A stretch of DNA of 64,000 nucleotides, from contig CAWJTV010000041.1 of assembly GCA_963845755.1 (NCBI GenBank), positions 1 through 64,000 on the forward strand. The letters are read 5' to 3'. Source of the stretch: an uncultured Planctomycetota bacterium. GTDB lineage: Bacteria; Planctomycetota; Planctomycetia; Isosphaerales; Isosphaeraceae. Below the pieces are notes generated by a model that was given only the letters and a program-made list of their open reading frames with translations, was not told where the DNA came from and did not search any database. Below, one piece after another: positions 30,412 through 41,420 of this stretch (position 1 is the stretch's first letter; every line of letters starts with the position of its first letter). The position numbers and the translations under genes were made by a program.

Positions 30412-30849
30412 TCACGCTATGCCGACGGACACGCCGAACGGCACCTCAAGCTCGGCGAAGATGATCAGGGCTCGGTGATCAACCTCGAAGCCTCCGGTGC
30501 TGCAATTCGTATGGTAGCTGCAATACACGTTGACGGACAGGCGCTCCTTCAAGCCTTTCAGATAGGCGACGTGCGGCCGAACGGCGAGCCAGAGCGATTC
30601 CAGATGGACTTGCAGCGGACGACCCCGGGGTACCGGAGCGGAGTAGGACCACATGTCATGCTCGTAGCCCCTGGGAGAGGTCGGCGGAAGCTTCTCGTCC
30701 CTCCGATGCGCATGAGTTGGCACGATACCAAGTTCGGCTGTGATCGCCTCCAAGTCTCCGATGTCCCCAAAGATCCGGAGCGTGGCACCGAAGCGAAAGA
30801 AGTACTCGGGTTCCGCCATGACCTCCTCGACTTCAGAAGCCATGCCCAC
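30412..30849 (-). CDS. DUF4279-like protein
   Basis: ATLRIFG..ITAELGIVPT..DMWSY..HLESL..FAELEVPFGVS. Confidence 0.7.
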   Translation of the reverse strand: MGMASEVEEVMAEPEYFFRFGATLRIFGDIGDLEAITAELGIVPTHAHRRDEKLPPTSPRGYEHDMWSYSAPVPRGRPLQVHLESLWLAVRPHVAYLKGLKERLSVNVYCSYHTNCSTGGFEVDHRALIIFAELEVPFGVSVGIA

Positions 30850-30864
30850 TGCTCCTCGAACGAC

Positions 30865-30922
30865 GGCTAACGCCCAAGATCAGCGGCCCGCGGAGCGGGT
30901 CCGCTGAATCGCCTCGTTAGAC
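30865..30922 (-). repeat. attC site
   Basis: ggctaac...gttagac. Confidence 0.92.
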
Positions 30923-30962
30923 GAACCGTCCGGACCAGATGGCGGCGGGTGCCGCCTGCCGG

Positions 30963-31508
30963 TCAGACGGTCCTCATTCGCTCCTGTATCCACGGGTCCG
31001 ACCAGCCTCGTCGGATATCGACCCAGCCCAATGCTGCCAAGTCGGGATCGATGCCGAGTGCTTTCGCGAGGGCTTTGTGTCGCTCGATGGCGAAGACGAA
31101 GCGTCGCTCATGCAGCACCGAGCTAATCTCGGCGACAGCCTCCACTCCGAAGGCATCCGCCAGGAGTTCGGCCGAACCTCCGGACGGCTCGTTACCTCCG
31201 TCGCCGAAGCAACCGGGCCACGAGTTGTACTCGTTGACCAAGGCGCCATCCCGGAACAACCAATAGTAAAGAATGTCATCGTCATGGTTAAGGGAAGCCA
31301 GGACCGAGCATTTCAGATCTCCCGACAGCGCCATCCCGAGTCGGGCGATCTCCGATTCATCCTGAGCCTCGGTGCCCTCATCGTAGGCCATCGTCGTCCC
31401 GTTGGCCGTGGGGCCGACATAAGCCGAGCGGCCCAGCGTGCGGAGCACGGTCGCCACTCGCGATGGGTCGGCCCGCTGGATGGCGAAGTTCGTGTAGAAG
31501 TTCCCCAC
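30963..31508 (-). CDS. Cassette hypothetical protein (immunity-like)
   Basis: MGNFYTN..LNHDDDILYYWLFRDGALVNEYNSWP..FVFAIERH. Confidence 0.75.
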   Translation of the reverse strand: MGNFYTNFAIQRADPSRVATVLRTLGRSAYVGPTANGTTMAYDEGTEAQDESEIARLGMALSGDLKCSVLASLNHDDDILYYWLFRDGALVNEYNSWPGCFGDGGNEPSGGSAELLADAFGVEAVAEISSVLHERRFVFAIERHKALAKALGIDPDLAALGWVDIRRGWSDPWIQERMRTV

Positions 31509-31527
31509 GGGTCCTCCGATCCTGCTC

Positions 31528-31587
31528 GTCTAACGCTATAGATCAGCGGCCCCGCGCAGCGGGGTCCAATACATCGCATTGTTAGCC
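31528..31587 (-). repeat. attC site
   Basis: gtctaac...gttagcc. Confidence 0.88.
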
Positions 31588-32055
31588 GATCGCCTCCTCC
31601 TCCGCCAGCCTACTCCGCACCTGTTCGCACGCTTCCGCCGGCGAGTCGAACGGTAGGAAATCGACGCGAACTTCCGATCCGTCCCGTAGATCGAACAGAT
31701 AGTGGCTTCCCAGCGGTGGCGTTAGCCGCCAGCGGATCGATCGGATCTCCGCCCACGGAATCCAGCTACGGCTCGGAAGCCTTCGGCCGCTCAATCGGAT
31801 ACCCTCGTCCTCGACAACTCCCCTGATCCCATCGACGGACATGAGGTAAGAGTTGCTGACCATCGCCAGCACCCAGAATGGGTAGAACACAACGAAGGCG
31901 GCAGCGATCGCGGGGACCAGCAAGCATGCGGCAGGCCGCAGGAGCCGGAAACGAGCCAGGTAGATACATGACGGAACGAGCAGCGCCAACAATGCCATGG
32001 GGAAGAGTTGTCCGATGGAAGCGATCAGAGCCAGGCCCCTCGCCACGTATCGCAC
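31582..32055 (-). CDS. Membrane protein with a PH-like C-terminal domain
   Basis: TM segments, then EDEGIRL..IPWAEIRSI. Confidence 0.65.
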   Translation of the reverse strand: MRYVARGLALIASIGQLFPMALLALLVPSCIYLARFRLLRPAACLLVPAIAAAFVVFYPFWVLAMVSNSYLMSVDGIRGVVEDEGIRLSGRRLPSRSWIPWAEIRSIRWRLTPPLGSHYLFDLRDGSEVRVDFLPFDSPAEACEQVRSRLAEEEAIG

Positions 32056-32071
32056 AGAGCCATCCCCCGCC

Positions 32072-32129
32072 GGCTAACGATCAAGATCAGCGGCCCGCCC
32101 AGCGGGTCCGCTGCATCGCCTTGTTAGCC
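32072..32129 (-). repeat. attC site
   Basis: ggctaac...gttagcc. Confidence 0.92.
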
Positions 32130-32131
32130 CT

Positions 32132-32690
32132 TTACAACTTGCCGAAGTCGGTCACCGCCGATACTTCACCGCACGCGACGCACCGACCGTGGCAGAGGAA
32201 TACATTAAAGAACTCAAGTATCGGCCATCCTGGCTCATTGAAGAGCAAGTCGAACGCCGCTGGCCAGTAGACGAAGCCGACGGTCACCACAAAGACCTGC
32301 TCCCCACATGCCGAGCAAGAAAAGGGCTGTCTCGGCCCCTCGCCTCGGCCCTTTACGGAGCCGATGCCACCTTCGATCTTGGCGACCTCGCTGTGATAGC
32401 CGTGGATGTCGGTATCGAAGATCTCGGTCACCTTCCGGCAATCGGTGCACTCAAAACTGAGCGGGCTGATGAAGCACTCCGGGCCATCGTAGTTGGGGTT
32501 GTAGTCACGGAGGGGGTAACCCAGGACCCGACCGCGCTGTTCGCCGCAGGTGCACGCGAGGCGCACAGACGGATCTGCAGTTATCGTCCCACGCGACGGG
32601 GAGTTCCGCCGGGGTCAATCGGAACCCGCGAACGCAGGCGGGCGAGGTCGTCCGCAGGCGCTCGGCGGTCTGCTCGACAAGACGATCCAC
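32132..32690 (-). CDS. Cys-rich hypothetical protein (frameshift near 32570)
   Basis: CTCG..CTDC..FDTDIHGY..CSACG..CVACG. Confidence 0.65.
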
Positions 32691-32705
32691 TCCGAAACCT
32701 CCGCT

Positions 32706-32763
32706 GGCTAACGCCCAAGATCAGCGGCCCGCGCAGCGGGTCCGCTGCATCGCATTGTTAGCT
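32706..32763 (-). repeat. attC site
   Basis: ggctaac...gttagct. Confidence 0.92.
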
Positions 32764-32772
32764 GCGACATTC

Positions 32773-33264
32773 TCATTCATCCACGGTGAAGAGCATCGCA
32801 CGGTTGGCCGACGCTGCCTTCCGGAAGAAGTCCCTCAGATGCGGGAACCAACTCCAGGTATACTCGAAGTCGCTGTCCGACAATTCCCCTTGATAGGTTT
32901 CGGCGTCGATGGCGTCATACCTGCGGCGCAACTCATCTCGGTCGATGTCCTTCATGACTGCCGCGACCTCCTTTACCTCCTCGGGGCTGAGGAAGTTGAT
33001 GATGTAGTCCTCGCCCTCATATTGGTTGTCCGACCCGAGGATACATTTGTGCCACGGCGTTTCGCCGAACTCCAGCTTTCCGTCCGTCAGGCACCGGTGG
33101 ATGGCGTCCCAAGATTTATCCGTCTCTTGGAGCCACTCCTTATCCCAGGCTTCCTCCACATCCTCAACGAACGCCATGAGGGTCTCGTTGTTGGAAACGG
33201 GTGTATCCATCAGGCGCGAAGCCTGTTCCGCGGTCAACGCGAAATGGACACCGCGACACCCCAT
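32773..33264 (-). CDS. YfbM/DUF1877 family protein
   Basis: DKSWDAIHRCLT..LSPEEVKEVAA..LRDFFRKAA. Confidence 0.85.
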   Translation of the reverse strand: MGCRGVHFALTAEQASRLMDTPVSNNETLMAFVEDVEEAWDKEWLQETDKSWDAIHRCLTDGKLEFGETPWHKCILGSDNQYEGEDYIINFLSPEEVKEVAAVMKDIDRDELRRRYDAIDAETYQGELSDSDFEYTWSWFPHLRDFFRKAASANRAMLFTVDE

Positions 33265-33280
33265 CGGTTTGCCCTCCGCC

Positions 33281-33340
33281 GGCTAACGCTCCAGATCAGC
33301 GGCCCGCCGCAGGCGGGTCCGCTGCATCGCCTTGTTAGAC
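33281..33340 (-). repeat. attC site
   Basis: ggctaac...gttagac. Confidence 0.92.
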
Positions 33341-33408
33341 GGACTGACTGCCCCCACAGAGGGCCGGGGACGACAAGGCGTTGTCCCGGCCACTCGACCA
33401 CAACGAGC

Positions 33409-34011
33409 CTACGGTTTGCGAGTCAGGGCAGCGGCGAAACCGTCGAGTTCGAATGAGGCCCAACATACAGCTGCGAGTTCGTGCCCGCGGCCGTGCCACG
33501 TCGCGTTTATCACGTGGATGTTCTTCGATTGCAGATGCTCGACCGCAGGAATGAAGTCCTTGTCCGACGACACGAGGACAGCTACGCTATAGGCCCCTTC
33601 CCAAGCAAGTCCGATAAGATCTGTAACTATGCGTGCATCAATGGTCTTCTCTGCGGCACGCCCGAAAGCCGCTCCGCAGGACGGGCACGACGTGGTAGAC
33701 GCTCCGCAGGAGCGGCAGTGGACCGGATGCGCCCGCCAATGACGCTCAGATGTGAATACGCGGAAGCCAGGCTGCCTGTCCAGGAAGTTGTGGAGCCAGG
33801 ACTTGAGGTTAGCCTCCCGTCCCGCCTCATACCCTGCATAGACGCGCGTCTCCTGAAGAGTGAGCGAGCCAAGACCCGCCTTGGCGAGGAGGGAACTTGC
33901 CTCTCCGATGAGCACTCCGGGAAGAAGCTGCCAATCACAGAGGACGCGGTGCGTCCGCTCGTTCCATGTCAGTTGGAAATTCCAGTAATCGATAAAAATG
34001 CGTGCGTCCAC
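33409..34011 (-). CDS. NYN (LabA/DUF88, PIN-like) RNase with a Zn-ribbon insertion
   Basis: RIFIDYWNF; CRSC..CPSC; EKTIDARIVTDL; AVLVSSDKDFIPAVE. Confidence 0.88.
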   Translation of the reverse strand: MDARIFIDYWNFQLTWNERTHRVLCDWQLLPGVLIGEASSLLAKAGLGSLTLQETRVYAGYEAGREANLKSWLHNFLDRQPGFRVFTSERHWRAHPVHCRSCGASTTSCPSCGAAFGRAAEKTIDARIVTDLIGLAWEGAYSVAVLVSSDKDFIPAVEHLQSKNIHVINATWHGRGHELAAVCWASFELDGFAAALTRKP

Positions 34012-34024
34012 TGCTATGTTGCGG

Positions 34025-34054
34025 AAAAAAAATACGGGGAGCCGAAGCTCCCCG
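34025..34054 (-). terminator. Intrinsic terminator upstream of the NYN gene
   Basis: CGGGGAGC-TTCG-GCTCCCCG followed by TA and T8. Confidence 0.85.
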
Positions 34055-34099
34055 GGGCAAACATTCGCATCGGTGTTCGCACCGATGCGGGGCAAACAT
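34025..34099 (-). ncRNA. Putative ~75-nt structured leader/antitoxin RNA
   Basis: ATGTTTGCCCCG twice at a 35-nt period, each followed by a tetraloop hairpin; lies between promoter and terminator. Confidence 0.6.
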
Positions 34100-34105
34100 G
34101 GCTAA

Positions 34106-34134
34106 ATCATAGCCGCCGTCCACGGCGTCGTCAA
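34106..34134 (-). promoter_or_regulatory. Sigma70-type promoter
   Basis: TTGACG-17 nt-TATGAT. Confidence 0.75.
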
Positions 34135-34151
34135 GGGCGTAGCAAGGTCCG

Positions 34152-36219
34152 CAGCCCTGAGAAATCCGCCCCTCGGGCGGTAGGCCGGCACGCGGAAGCC
34201 GCGTGGATGGCGACCGAGGGCCGGCAAAGGCCGTAAGGGGACGGGCTCGAAGGCGGCTTCGAGTGCGACCGCTATCAGACCCTGAAGAACCCGGCTGAAC
34301 CTGGAACACGCCCACCCGCCACCGGCGGCTAACTGCTGTCCAGTCGGATCTGGATCGGCCCGGCTCCGGCCGGCTCGAAGACCTCGTCCGGCCAGTGTCG
34401 AAACCGCAGGCTCTCCAACAATCGTTGCGCCATGTTCTTCAACGAGCCGAACAGCTCCACGGCCGTTCGCTTCCCCTGCTCTTGGGCCAGGTGCCGCAAC
34501 AGGCTCCCCTTCTCCACCAGTTGCAACAGCAGATGGGCGATCTGCAACAGGAAATAGTAGGCCGGCCAGCATCTGTGGCTGTAGGCATGTTCCAGGTTCA
34601 GGCCACTGTTCTTCTGGGTGTTAAATCCCTCGTTCTCCTCGCGCCAGCGTGCCCTCCCTCCGTTGGTCGCTACTTCCACCACAGTCTCGTGGCTCAAATC
34701 CAGAGAGGTCACCCACGACCATTCCGTCTGCTTTCCCTCCTTGCCCGTCTCGGTGCACTCCAGAGCGTTGATGGTCCAGTCCCGACCATCACTGTCCCTG
34801 TAGTGCAGGCCGTTGATCCAGCGATAGACCTGCCGGACCCCTTGCGGCGTCATCCGTTCCACGCGCTGGTCGGGACACAACCGCAGCAACCCCTGGAAAT
34901 CCTCCCAGAGGGCGGGAAGTCGTCCAGGCTGAAACGTGTAAATGTAGTCGCATCGATAATCTTTGGCGACCTGGAATCCTTCTCCGCAGGCATACAGGCC
35001 GTCACCGCCGAGGCAAATCCGCAACTGCGGGAACTCGATCCGCAACTTCTCCACCAGGCGTCGCAAGGCCTTCAACTCGCAATCCTGCTTGATCCGTTCC
35101 GCGCTGGCACCCGCTGGGGCACTGGCGACGTCGTGGTTGTCGATGAACTCACTGGCGATCGAGATGACCGTGCCGGCCGGCCCCAGCACCTTGGCCTCCA
35201 GCACCTGGTGCATATATAGCGTCGTCTCACCGTGCCGCTGGGTCAGGCAATCGTCGCAATGCCGGGAGTGAAACACCAGATAGCCCGAGCCGTCAATCAA
35301 GACGACGAACCGCCCCTGCAGCCGCGCCGCGTCCAGAGCCTTCATGCGGATCAACCGCTGGACCATCCGCTGCCGCAACCCGGCGATGGGGTCGGGGCCG
35401 ATTTTCCCCAGGAAGTACTCCAAGGTCTGGTTCACCGGCCGGCTCTCTTGCGCCGTACCCGCCAGACGATTGAGATTGGGCAGGACCTCCGGGCCGTCGG
35501 TGTTCAACTGGTAGTCCAGTTGCGCCGGCTGCTCAACTTGCACAGGAACAAACTCAGCCCCCACCACAGCAGGAACCGCTTGTGGTAGATCACCAAGGGG
35601 GCAAACCGCGGGTCATCGATCGCATCGATCCAGGTGTTGAGATCGGGGAAGAAGTGACCCAGGGTTCGCACCAGGATAGGTCCGATGTTCAGCGTCGTCC
35701 CCGCCGCCGCTTTCGGTGCGAGACGTGGCCCTGGATCAAGGCCAGGGTCAACTGGCTGATTTCGTGGATCAGGCCTTTGAGACGTTGGTGTTCTTGCACC
35801 CATTCTTGGACCTCCGTGAGCAGGTCCTGGGGCACATACACCGTGCGAGTCTTACCCCCCTCCGAGAAGGTGAGGTGGTGGGCGGAGTGCAACGGGCCAC
35901 CGTGGTGGCAGGCGCAGGAGGGCTGGCCGCAACGTTTCTGCACCTGGGCCAGGCTGGCCGCCAGGAGCGGCCCAGCCGGAGCCAGTTGCTTGAGGCGGCG
36001 GTCGAGCATCCGACGGACCAGCGTGGGGTGGCTCGGCACATGCATCGATGGGCCCCTGGAACTTCCGGTAAGTGGACCTTATACCGGGAAAGGCCCGAAA
36101 AGTCATGAGGTGCGAAGAAAAAAATTGAGGGCCTAGGATGGTCGGGCATTCAACAGAGGTTCTACTCGGGACTTACGCTGCCGTCAAGGTGCGACAAATT
36201 CCCCAATTCCTCAGAGCTG
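34152..36219 (-). mobile_element. ISAs1-like IS, copy A (DUF6788-like ORF 35689-36045 + transposase ~34329-35690, frameshifted)
   Basis: TIR CAGCCCTGAGAAAT/ATTCCTCAGAGCTG; flank CAAGGTCCG; LIDGSG, KQDCELKA, GDGLYA, RWREENEGFNTQK. Confidence 0.8.
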
Positions 36220-36227
36220 CCAGGTCG

Positions 36228-38301
36228 CAGCCCTGAGAAATCCGCCCTTCGGGCGGTAGGCCGGCACGCGGAAGCCGCGTGGATGGCGACCGAGGGCCGG
36301 CAAAGGCCATAAGGGGACGGGCTCGAAGGCGGCTTCGAGTGCGACCGCGATCAGACCCAGAAGAACCCGGCTGAACCTGGAACACGCCCACCCGCCACCG
36401 GCGGCTAACTGCTGTCCAGGCGGATCTGGATCGGCCCGGCTCCGGCCGGCTCGAAGACCTCGTCCGGCCAGTGCCGAAACCGCAGGCTCTCCAACAACCG
36501 TTGCGCCATGTTCTTCAACGAGCCGAACAGCTCCACGGCCGTTCGCTTCCCCTGCTCTTGGGCCAGGTGCCGCAGCAGGCTCCCCTTCTCCACCAGTTGC
36601 AACAGCAGGTGGGCGATCTGCAACAGGAAGTAATAGGCCGCCCAGCATCTGTGGCTGTAGGCATGTTCCAGGTTCAGGCCACTGTTCTTCTGGGTGTTAA
36701 ATCCCTCATTCTCCTCGCGCCAGCGTTCCCTCCCTCCGTTCGTCGCCACTTCCACCACGGTCTCGTGGCTCACCTCCAGAGAGGTCACCCACGACCATTC
36801 CCTCTGCTTTCCCTCCTTGCCCGTCTCGGTACACTCCATCGCGTTGATGGTCCAGTCCCGGCCGTCACTGTCCGTGTAGCGCAGGCCGTTGATCCAGCGA
36901 TAGACCTGCCGGACCCCTTGCGGCGTCGTCCGCTCCACGCGCTGGTCGGGGCACAACCGCAGCAACCCCTGGAAATCCTCCCAGAGGGCCGGCAGTCGCC
37001 CAGGCTGAAACGTGTAAATGTAGTCGCATCGATAATCTTTGGCGACCTGGAACCCTTCTCCGCAGGCATACAGGCCGTCACCGCCCAGGCAGATCCGCAA
37101 CTGCGGGAACTCGCTCCGCAACTTCGCCAGCAGCCGTCGCAAGGCCTTCAGCTCGCAATCCTGCTTGACCCGCTCCTGCGCTGGCACCCGCCGGGGCACT
37201 GGCGACGTCGCGGTTGTCGATGAACTCGGTGGCGATCGAGATGACCGTGCCGGCCGGCCCCAGCAACTTGGCCTCCAGCACCTGGTGCATGTACAGCGTC
37301 GTCTCGCCGTGCCGCTGGGTCAGGCAATGCGTCGCAATGCCGGGAGCGGAACACCAGATATCCCGAGCCGTCAATCAGGACGACGAACCGCCCCTGCAGC
37401 CGTGCCTCGTCCAGGGCCTTCATGCGGATCAACCGGTGGACCATCTGCTGCCGCAAGCCGGCGATGGGGTCGGTGCCGATGTTCCCCAGGAAGTACTCCA
37501 AGGTCTGGTTCACCGGCCGGCTCTCCTGCGCGGTGCCCGCCAGACGGTTGAGGTTGGCCAGGACCTCCGGGCCGTCGGTGTTCAACTGGTAGTCGAGTTG
37601 TCGCCGGCTGCTCAACTTGCACAGGAACAAGCTCAGCCCCCACCACACCAGGAACCGCTTGTGGTAGACGACCAAGGGGACAAACCGCGGGTCGTCGATC
37701 TCATCGATCCAGGTGTTGAGTTCGGGGAAGAAGTGACGCACGGTTCGAGCCAGGATGGGGCCGATGTTCAGCGTCGTCCCCGCCGGCGCTTTCGGTGCTG
37801 AGACGTGGCCCTGGATCAGGGCCAGGGTCAACTGGCTGATCTCGTGGGTGAGGGTCTTGAGGCGTTGGTATTCTTGCACCCATGCTTGGACCTCCGTGAG
37901 CAGGTCCTGGGGCACATAGACGGTGCGAGTCTTGCCCTCCTCCTTGAAGGTGAGGTGGTGGGCTGGAGTGCAAGGGGCCGCCGTGGTGGCAGGCGCAGGA
38001 GGGCTGGCCACAGCGTTTGTGCACCTGGGCCAGGCTGGCCGCCAGCAGCGGCCCAGCCGGGGCCAGTTGCTTGAGGCGGCTGTCCAGCATCCGGCGGATC
38101 AGCGTCGGGTGGCTCGGGACATGCATCGATGGGCCCCTGGAACTTCCGGTAAGTAGCCGTTATACCGGGAAAGGCCCGAAAAATCATGAGGTGCGAAGAA
38201 AAAAATTGAGGGCCTAGGATGGGCGGTGCTCTCAACAGATTTTCTACTCGGGACTTACGCTGCCGTCAAGGTGCGACAAATTCCCCTATTCCTCAGAGCT
38301 G
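36228..38301 (-). mobile_element. ISAs1-like IS, copy B (diverged, tandem, several frameshifts)
   Basis: Same TIRs and genes with many substitutions; followed by CAAGGTCCG (38302-38310). Confidence 0.8.
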
Positions 38302-38316
38302 CAAGGTCCGAAACTG

Positions 38317-38800
38317 TTAGGAGCCACCGCGACGGTCTGGCTCCGTTCCAACGCCATGTTTGGCGTCGCGAACGACCATCCCTTCGCATTGCATGAACTC
38401 GGCGATATCCTCACCGTCGAGCGCGAACCATTCGCCATTGGCCCTCTTGGATGCGAACCGTTTGTGCCAGTGCTTCTCGACGTAATCCACGTTATTAGTG
38501 CGGATCTCGTGGATGAGTTGAGGCTTTTCTGGAAGCTGGATCTTCAATTGGGAGTAGCGCACATCGGGGTTCGTGGACTTGCCGATCTTGAAGTATGAGC
38601 CGCAAGCGATCAAGTAGACAACTCCCTTGCGACTCGGCGTCTCTGCTGGAGTTAAGCCATTCGCGGGAAGTGCGATGACATCACGCGGGTCGATGCCCTT
38701 CGATTCTGCGTGCTTCCAAGCCAGGCGCTCATTCGACGCATCGACATCAAGTTGTCGGGGGACGGCCCGAAACGGAGTCTAGGCCGAAGATCCTGAACAA
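38317..38800 (-). CDS. GIY-YIG (T5orf172/MUG113-like) protein (frameshift near the 5' end)
   Basis: GVVYLIACGSYFKIGKS..VEKHWHKRF..NGEWFAL; GGAGG before TTG at 38800. Confidence 0.75.
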
Positions 38801-38826
38801 GTCCGTCCTCCTGCTTGGGATACGCC

Positions 38827-38886
38827 GGCTAACGCTAAAGATCAGCGGCCCGCCACTGGCGGGTCCGCTGCATCGCTTTGTTAGCC
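38827..38886 (-). repeat. attC site
   Basis: ggctaac...gttagcc. Confidence 0.92.
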
Positions 38887-39146
38887 GAGGATAAGCTCCA
38901 CTCCGTCTTCTTGTTCGTCGCCGCCTGCGCAGTGAACTTCGATGATCTCGACCACCCAGTCAAAGACCGTCGGGCCAAGGCCTTGCCGAGCCCGCTGCAT
39001 CTCGGCGCGGACACCTATTAGCGACAATTAGATTTCCTTGTCGACGACAATTAGAATTCCCTACTCGGCCATAGTGTACAAGCCCCTGGGATTCTGGCCA
39101 ATTGACCATCCCTCTCGCCTCTGGGATCAACCATTCCTGCGCTCGT

Positions 39147-39924
39147 TCATCCCTCCTCTCGTGCGTCTGTCGGTTCCACCGGCTTTTGACGCGACTTCTT
39201 GGCCTGCTCGGCTCGGTAGCTCGGAACGTTCAACTCCACGATCACGCTATGGTGCACCAGCCGGTCGATGGCGGCGGCGGTCGTCATCGGATCCTTGAAG
39301 ATCGCCTCCCATCCCGAAAACGGCAGGTTGCTCGTCAGCATCACGCTCCCGCGCTCGTACCGTTCCGCCAGCAGGTTGAAGAGCACCTCCATCTCGTCCC
39401 GGCTGTATTGTACGTATCCAATATCGTCAAGGATCAGCACCTCATATCGGGAAATCTTCTTGAGAAAACCGCGCAGCTTCAGGTCGCGCTTCGCGGCCAA
39501 CAGATCTTGAACCATCAAGTGCGCATGTCGCGAACATCACCTTCCGCCCCGAGCGGATCAGTTCCTGCCCGATCGCGCACGCCACGTGGCTCTTGCCACT
39601 GCCGGGATTCCCGAATATGAGCACATTGTCATTTCGTCCAACAAAATCGCCTTCGAGCAGAGTTCTGACCTGCTGCGCCGCCTTGGACGGCAGTCGCTTC
39701 AGGTCCAGGCTTGACAGGTTCTTTTCCATGAACAGCCTCGATTCTCGCAACAACCGCTCGACCCGGTGGGAACGCCGCGACTCGCACTCGTGCTCCGCCA
39801 GATCCAGGAGGTAACGTTCGTAACTGGTCGACTCCTGACGGGCTCGTGCCGCCGCCGATTCGTACGCCTGCCGGATCGTCGGCAGGTGGAGCTCGCGAAG
39901 GCAGTCCGTCAGAGACTCATGCAC
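39147..39924 (-). CDS. istB: IstB ATPase (frameshift near 39518)
   Basis: GNPGSGKSH; LILDDIGY; TSNLPFSGW; AAIDRLVHH. Confidence 0.9.
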
Positions 39925-41420
39925 ATCGATTGGCTTACTGATGGAATATCCTCCCTGGTCTCGAGTAACAGGTCGTACATCGACAAATCCACCGTCGTGA
40001 CGACCACCTCCATCGCGCGAGGCAGGCCCAGGTCGTGACCCAGGTGCTCCGTGACGACGGTCGGGGTGATCGGCATGTTCCCGTCCAAGAGCCGGCCCAG
40101 GACGGCGTTGACCCCGACTTCCGACTCCTTCGCCGCCAACTCCAGGTTCCGGAGATAATCCTTGGTGGCGCGGGCCGGGCTTTGTGCCAGCAAGACGTCG
40201 TAGGCTCGGCGAAACCGGCCGGTTGGGAACATCGCGTCCCGGTGCCGATAGGCCGCGAACGCCCCCGGCTTGCGCACCAACCAGTCGATCACGTGCCGAT
40301 AGTTAATCACGTGTTTGTTGTGGCCGCGCTGCCGAGGGACCCTTTCAATCAGCGCCGCGCCGTGCCACACCTCCAGGCATTCCGCCATCACATGGACATC
40401 GACCTGTTCACCGATGAGTCGGCTCGGCACCGAGTAGGTGTTGGAGCCAACCCGGATCGTACTCCCCTGGGTGACCCGCACCCGGCGCCGGTGCCAGGCG
40501 TCCACCCGCCGCGAGGGGAGGTCCTTCAGCAACAGTCGTTCCTCGGTGAACCGCGGGTCCGTCCGCTGTTCGCGCTGAGCGAAGACCTGGCGAAGGAACA
40601 GCTCGTAGGCTGCTCGGTCGGCGAAATCGCGGCCGCTGCGCAACATGAGGGCCTGATCCATCGCTTGTTTGAACCGGTTATGACTCTGTTCGGCGTCTCC
40701 GTTCTGGTTGGCCTTACCAGCCTGGATGGCTTGAGGTGCCATGCCATAGTGGGCCATCAAGGCGCGGTATCGTTGCTGGAACAAGTCCCGATCGCCGAGG
40801 TTGTTGACCGCGGCCGTGAGCCGATCGGTGCGATGAGTCTGGGGAACCCCTCCCAGTTCCCAAAGGGCGTTCTGGAGCCCCTGGCTGAGGCTCTCGAAAC
40901 TTTCGGAGAAACAGACGGTGCCGGTCTCCCAGTTGGAGTAGGTCAGAACGAAGTGATAGACCAGGTGATCGAACGATTGGCCAGCGAGTGTGACCTGCAA
41001 ATCGTTCAGGGAAGTGAAGTCGGAGGCGCCTAAAGCGCCGGGCGTGTGGATCTGATCGAAGAAAACCTCCTTGGGTGGACCGTCGGTGGCCCGCCACGCT
41101 TTGATCTTCCGTTGCAAGGTCCGGAGCTGGCCGTCGGGGAACCGGCCCGGGAAGCGATGCTGAAGATCCTCAAACAGGGTCTTGGCTTGGAGCCCCGGGT
41201 TGAGCACCAGCCGATCGTGGAGTTCCGGCCAGACTTCCTGGAACGGATCCTCCCGGGTCCGCCAGGTCTTGGGAGTCCACGATTCACTGGGCAGGCGATC
41301 CGAGTCTCGGTACTTTTGAGCGGTCTTGGCGTCCATACCCACCTTCCAAGCCGCACGGTAGAGCGGCATTCCCTCGCCGAGAAGCTGGCGAAGCTTGAGA
41401 ACCTGGATGTCCTTGGTCAT
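39909..41420 (-). CDS. istA: IstA DDE transposase
   Basis: SDFT, GGVP..RTD, NGDAE, YSVPSRLIG. Confidence 0.92.
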   Translation of the reverse strand: MTKDIQVLKLRQLLGEGMPLYRAAWKVGMDAKTAQKYRDSDRLPSESWTPKTWRTREDPFQEVWPELHDRLVLNPGLQAKTLFEDLQHRFPGRFPDGQLRTLQRKIKAWRATDGPPKEVFFDQIHTPGALGASDFTSLNDLQVTLAGQSFDHLVYHFVLTYSNWETGTVCFSESFESLSQGLQNALWELGGVPQTHRTDRLTAAVNNLGDRDLFQQRYRALMAHYGMAPQAIQAGKANQNGDAEQSHNRFKQAMDQALMLRSGRDFADRAAYELFLRQVFAQREQRTDPRFTEERLLLKDLPSRRVDAWHRRRVRVTQGSTIRVGSNTYSVPSRLIGEQVDVHVMAECLEVWHGAALIERVPRQRGHNKHVINYRHVIDWLVRKPGAFAAYRHRDAMFPTGRFRRAYDVLLAQSPARATKDYLRNLELAAKESEVGVNAVLGRLLDGNMPITPTVVTEHLGHDLGLPRAMEVVVTTVDLSMYDLLLETREDIPSVSQSMCMSL

